From Candidatus Micrarchaeaceae archaeon (GTDB taxonomy: Archaea; Micrarchaeota; Micrarchaeia; Micrarchaeales; CABMGC01), in the NCBI GenBank assembly GCA_038878295.1, contig JAVZVY010000018.1, positions 1 through 15,972 of the forward strand: DNA of 15,972 nucleotides, in the 5' to 3' direction. This document shows, piece by piece, positions 14,445 to 15,972 of the stretch. The translations under genes were made by a program, and so were the position numbers. Below the pieces are notes generated by a model. That model searched no databases. It saw only the letters and a program-made list of their open reading frames with translations, and was not told the origin of the DNA. How positions within the stretch are numbered: position 1 is the stretch's first letter; each line of letters starts with the position of its first letter.

Positions 14445-15208
14445 ACAAAACTAAAATATTCTTTAACCCAAATGTAAAGCTCAGAAACCCAATAATGCTG
14501 GTCGGCCTTCCTGGCATAGGAAGCATAGGCGCGCTCGTATGCGAGAACATAAGAAACGAGCTAAACGCGAAAAGATTTGCAACTCTGTATTCGCCGTATC
14601 TGCCGCACCAAGTGCTAATGCTAAAATCCGGCAGCATGCGGCTGCTAAGCAATCGATTCTATTATTGGAAGAATCCGTCAAAAGACAAGGATGCCAATGA
14701 TATTGTGATTCTTCTTGGTGATGCGCAGGCAGTCTCATCAAAGGGCCAATATGAGATAAGCGAAACCATCGTGAAGTTTTTCAAATCTCTCGGAGGCAAG
14801 AAAATATTCACAATAGGCGGCTACAGCGTGTCGGAGAAATATATCAAGAATCCAAGAGTGTATGGCGTATCCCCTTCGCGGGAGCTCAGAGCGGAGCTCA
14901 AAAAGCATGGAGTAATATTCGGCTCGACTGTCGGCATGATCTGGGGAGCTGCAGGCCTCATAGTCTCATTCGCGAAGAAGCACAGAATCGAGAGTGGTTG
15001 CCTCTTAGGCGAAACCGGCTTCCTAGAGGTAGACGCAAATTCTGCAAGGTCTGTGTTAAACGTGATAAACGGGCTGCTCGGCACGAAGATAAGCACGGAC
15101 AACCTTGAAAAAATAAAGAAAGAGACTGAGGCTATGCTCTCAAGGTTCGAGGAGCTTACCAAAGACGAGCAAAAGCAGTCCACTGAAAATCTCACCTACA
15201 TAAGATAG
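14441..15208 (+). CDS. PAC2-family proteasome assembly chaperone (COG2047-like)
   Basis: VGLPGIGSIG, GDAQ, IFTIGGY, IWGAAGLI and CLLGET...VDANSA motifs, with a C-terminal ...YIR tail; ATGA overlap with eif2a; usual genomic position. Confidence 0.9.
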   Translation: MNKTKIFFNPNVKLRNPIMLVGLPGIGSIGALVCENIRNELNAKRFATLYSPYLPHQVLMLKSGSMRLLSNRFYYWKNPSKDKDANDIVILLGDAQAVSSKGQYEISETIVKFFKSLGGKKIFTIGGYSVSEKYIKNPRVYGVSPSRELRAELKKHGVIFGSTVGMIWGAAGLIVSFAKKHRIESGCLLGETGFLEVDANSARSVLNVINGLLGTKISTDNLEKIKKETEAMLSRFEELTKDEQKQSTENLTYIR

Positions 15209-15252
15209 TTGTGCCATAATGCCAGAATCAACGATGCAGATTGCACGATTTA

Positions 15253-15260
15253 TTTATAAT
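15253..15260 (+). promoter_or_regulatory. TATA box for tRNA-Gly (and probably the downstream nucleotidase)
   Basis: TTTATAAT starting 30 nt before tRNA position 1. Confidence 0.6.
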
Positions 15261-15282
15261 CAATAGGGCCATACCAGCCGAT

Positions 15283-15355
15283 GCGATCGTAGTCTAGCCT
15301 GGTAGGACTTCGCCTTCCCAAGGCGAAAACCCGGGTTCAAATCCCGGCGGTCGCA
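15283..15355 (+). tRNA. tRNA-Gly (anticodon CCC), no intron, CCA not encoded
   Basis: GCGATCG/CGGTCGC acceptor, GTCT/GGAC D-stem, TCGCC-TTCCCAA-GGCGA anticodon arm, CCGGG-TTCAAAT-CCCGG T-arm, discriminator A. Confidence 0.96.
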
Positions 15356-15360
15356 TAAAG

Positions 15361-15948
15361 ATGTCGATCATGAATGGAAAAAACGCTGTGGGAATAGACC
15401 TAGATGACACAATAGCCGACTTCACAAGTGCTTGGCTAAAGGTGTTGGAAAGGGAAAAGGGCATAAAACTGCGGGAAAGAAATATCATCCAATGGGAGGT
15501 GGAAAATCTTCTTGGAGGCGCGGTCGATAGGCAAGACATAGAAAATCTATTCTCGAAAACATGGTCGGAAGAATCCGAAAACATAAAACTCCTAGACAGA
15601 AGAATACCGAAAATAATCGATAGAATACGCGCAAGAGCGCCCGTATACATCATTACTGCGGCAAAAGCAACAGATCGGCGCATACGCGAATGGCTTGATG
15701 TAAAACAGGTGAAATATGACAGGCTGATTCATGTTCGCAACCATGACGAGAAGCTACTCAAGACCGTTAGCATCTATGTTGACGACAATCCCTATGCAGC
15801 AAAGTTTGCGTTGGCCGGAAAGTATGTAATCATCTTCAGCAAACCCTGGAATGCTACAATCCGCTTTACAAAACAGGTCATACGCGCTAAGAGTTGGGGG
15901 GAAGTCGAGCAAAAGGTTCTACAGCTAATAGACACGCTTCAACGCTAG
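15361..15948 (+). CDS. HAD-superfamily 5'(3')-deoxyribonucleotidase (NT5C-like)
   Basis: HAD motif I GIDLDDTIADF, motif II IITA, motif IV YVDDNP, plus the PWN and SWGEV motifs typical of the NT5C family. Confidence 0.82.
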   Translation: MSIMNGKNAVGIDLDDTIADFTSAWLKVLEREKGIKLRERNIIQWEVENLLGGAVDRQDIENLFSKTWSEESENIKLLDRRIPKIIDRIRARAPVYIITAAKATDRRIREWLDVKQVKYDRLIHVRNHDEKLLKTVSIYVDDNPYAAKFALAGKYVIIFSKPWNATIRFTKQVIRAKSWGEVEQKVLQLIDTLQR

Positions 15949-15972
15949 CATCTTTGGCATGCTCATGCTGTA

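Noticed and set aside
15294..15683. 129-aa minus-strand ORF ending RPPGFEPGFSPWEGEVLPG
   Set aside because: Classic translation of a tRNA reverse complement, plus antisense of the nucleotidase gene.
1..15972. CRISPR array, rRNA, tRNA introns, integrase or transposase genes
   Set aside because: No regularly spaced repeats or rRNA-like tracts seen; all three tRNAs fold without insertions; no recombinase or transposase motifs in the ORF track.

Overview
Compact, gene-dense archaeal chromosomal segment. The gene set, GGTGA/GGGGGT ribosome-binding sites, TATA boxes, CCA-less tRNAs and a bacterial-type gyrase suggest a DPANN archaeon, most plausibly Micrarchaeota; this is inferred, not verified. 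Left to right: 5'-truncated TauE/SafE membrane protein; an apparent operon of a wHTH protein, a heavily N-glycosylatable surface protein and an Lhr helicase; convergent gyrB-gyrA; a divergent COG2403 P-loop NTPase resembling arginine synthetase ArcE; tRNA-Lys(CTT); TFE-alpha; initiator tRNA-Met; a reduced GINS-rpl44e-aIF2alpha-PAC2 cluster; tRNA-Gly(CCC); and an NT5C-like HAD nucleotidase. The most interesting non-coding signals are (i) an orphan IS200/IS605 (TnpB-type) right-end hairpin ending in TCAC at about 11749-11790, with no transposase or tnpB in the window, and (ii) an AT-rich box at 12777-12906 flanked by 17-bp ORB-like inverted repeats just upstream of GINS (candidate replication origin or terminus element). 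Also notable: GyrA naturally carries Ala at both key quinolone-binding positions, TFE has a basic N-terminal tail, and the tRNA TATA spacing suggests nearly leaderless transcripts. All calls come from reading the sequence and the ORF track; no database searches were run.
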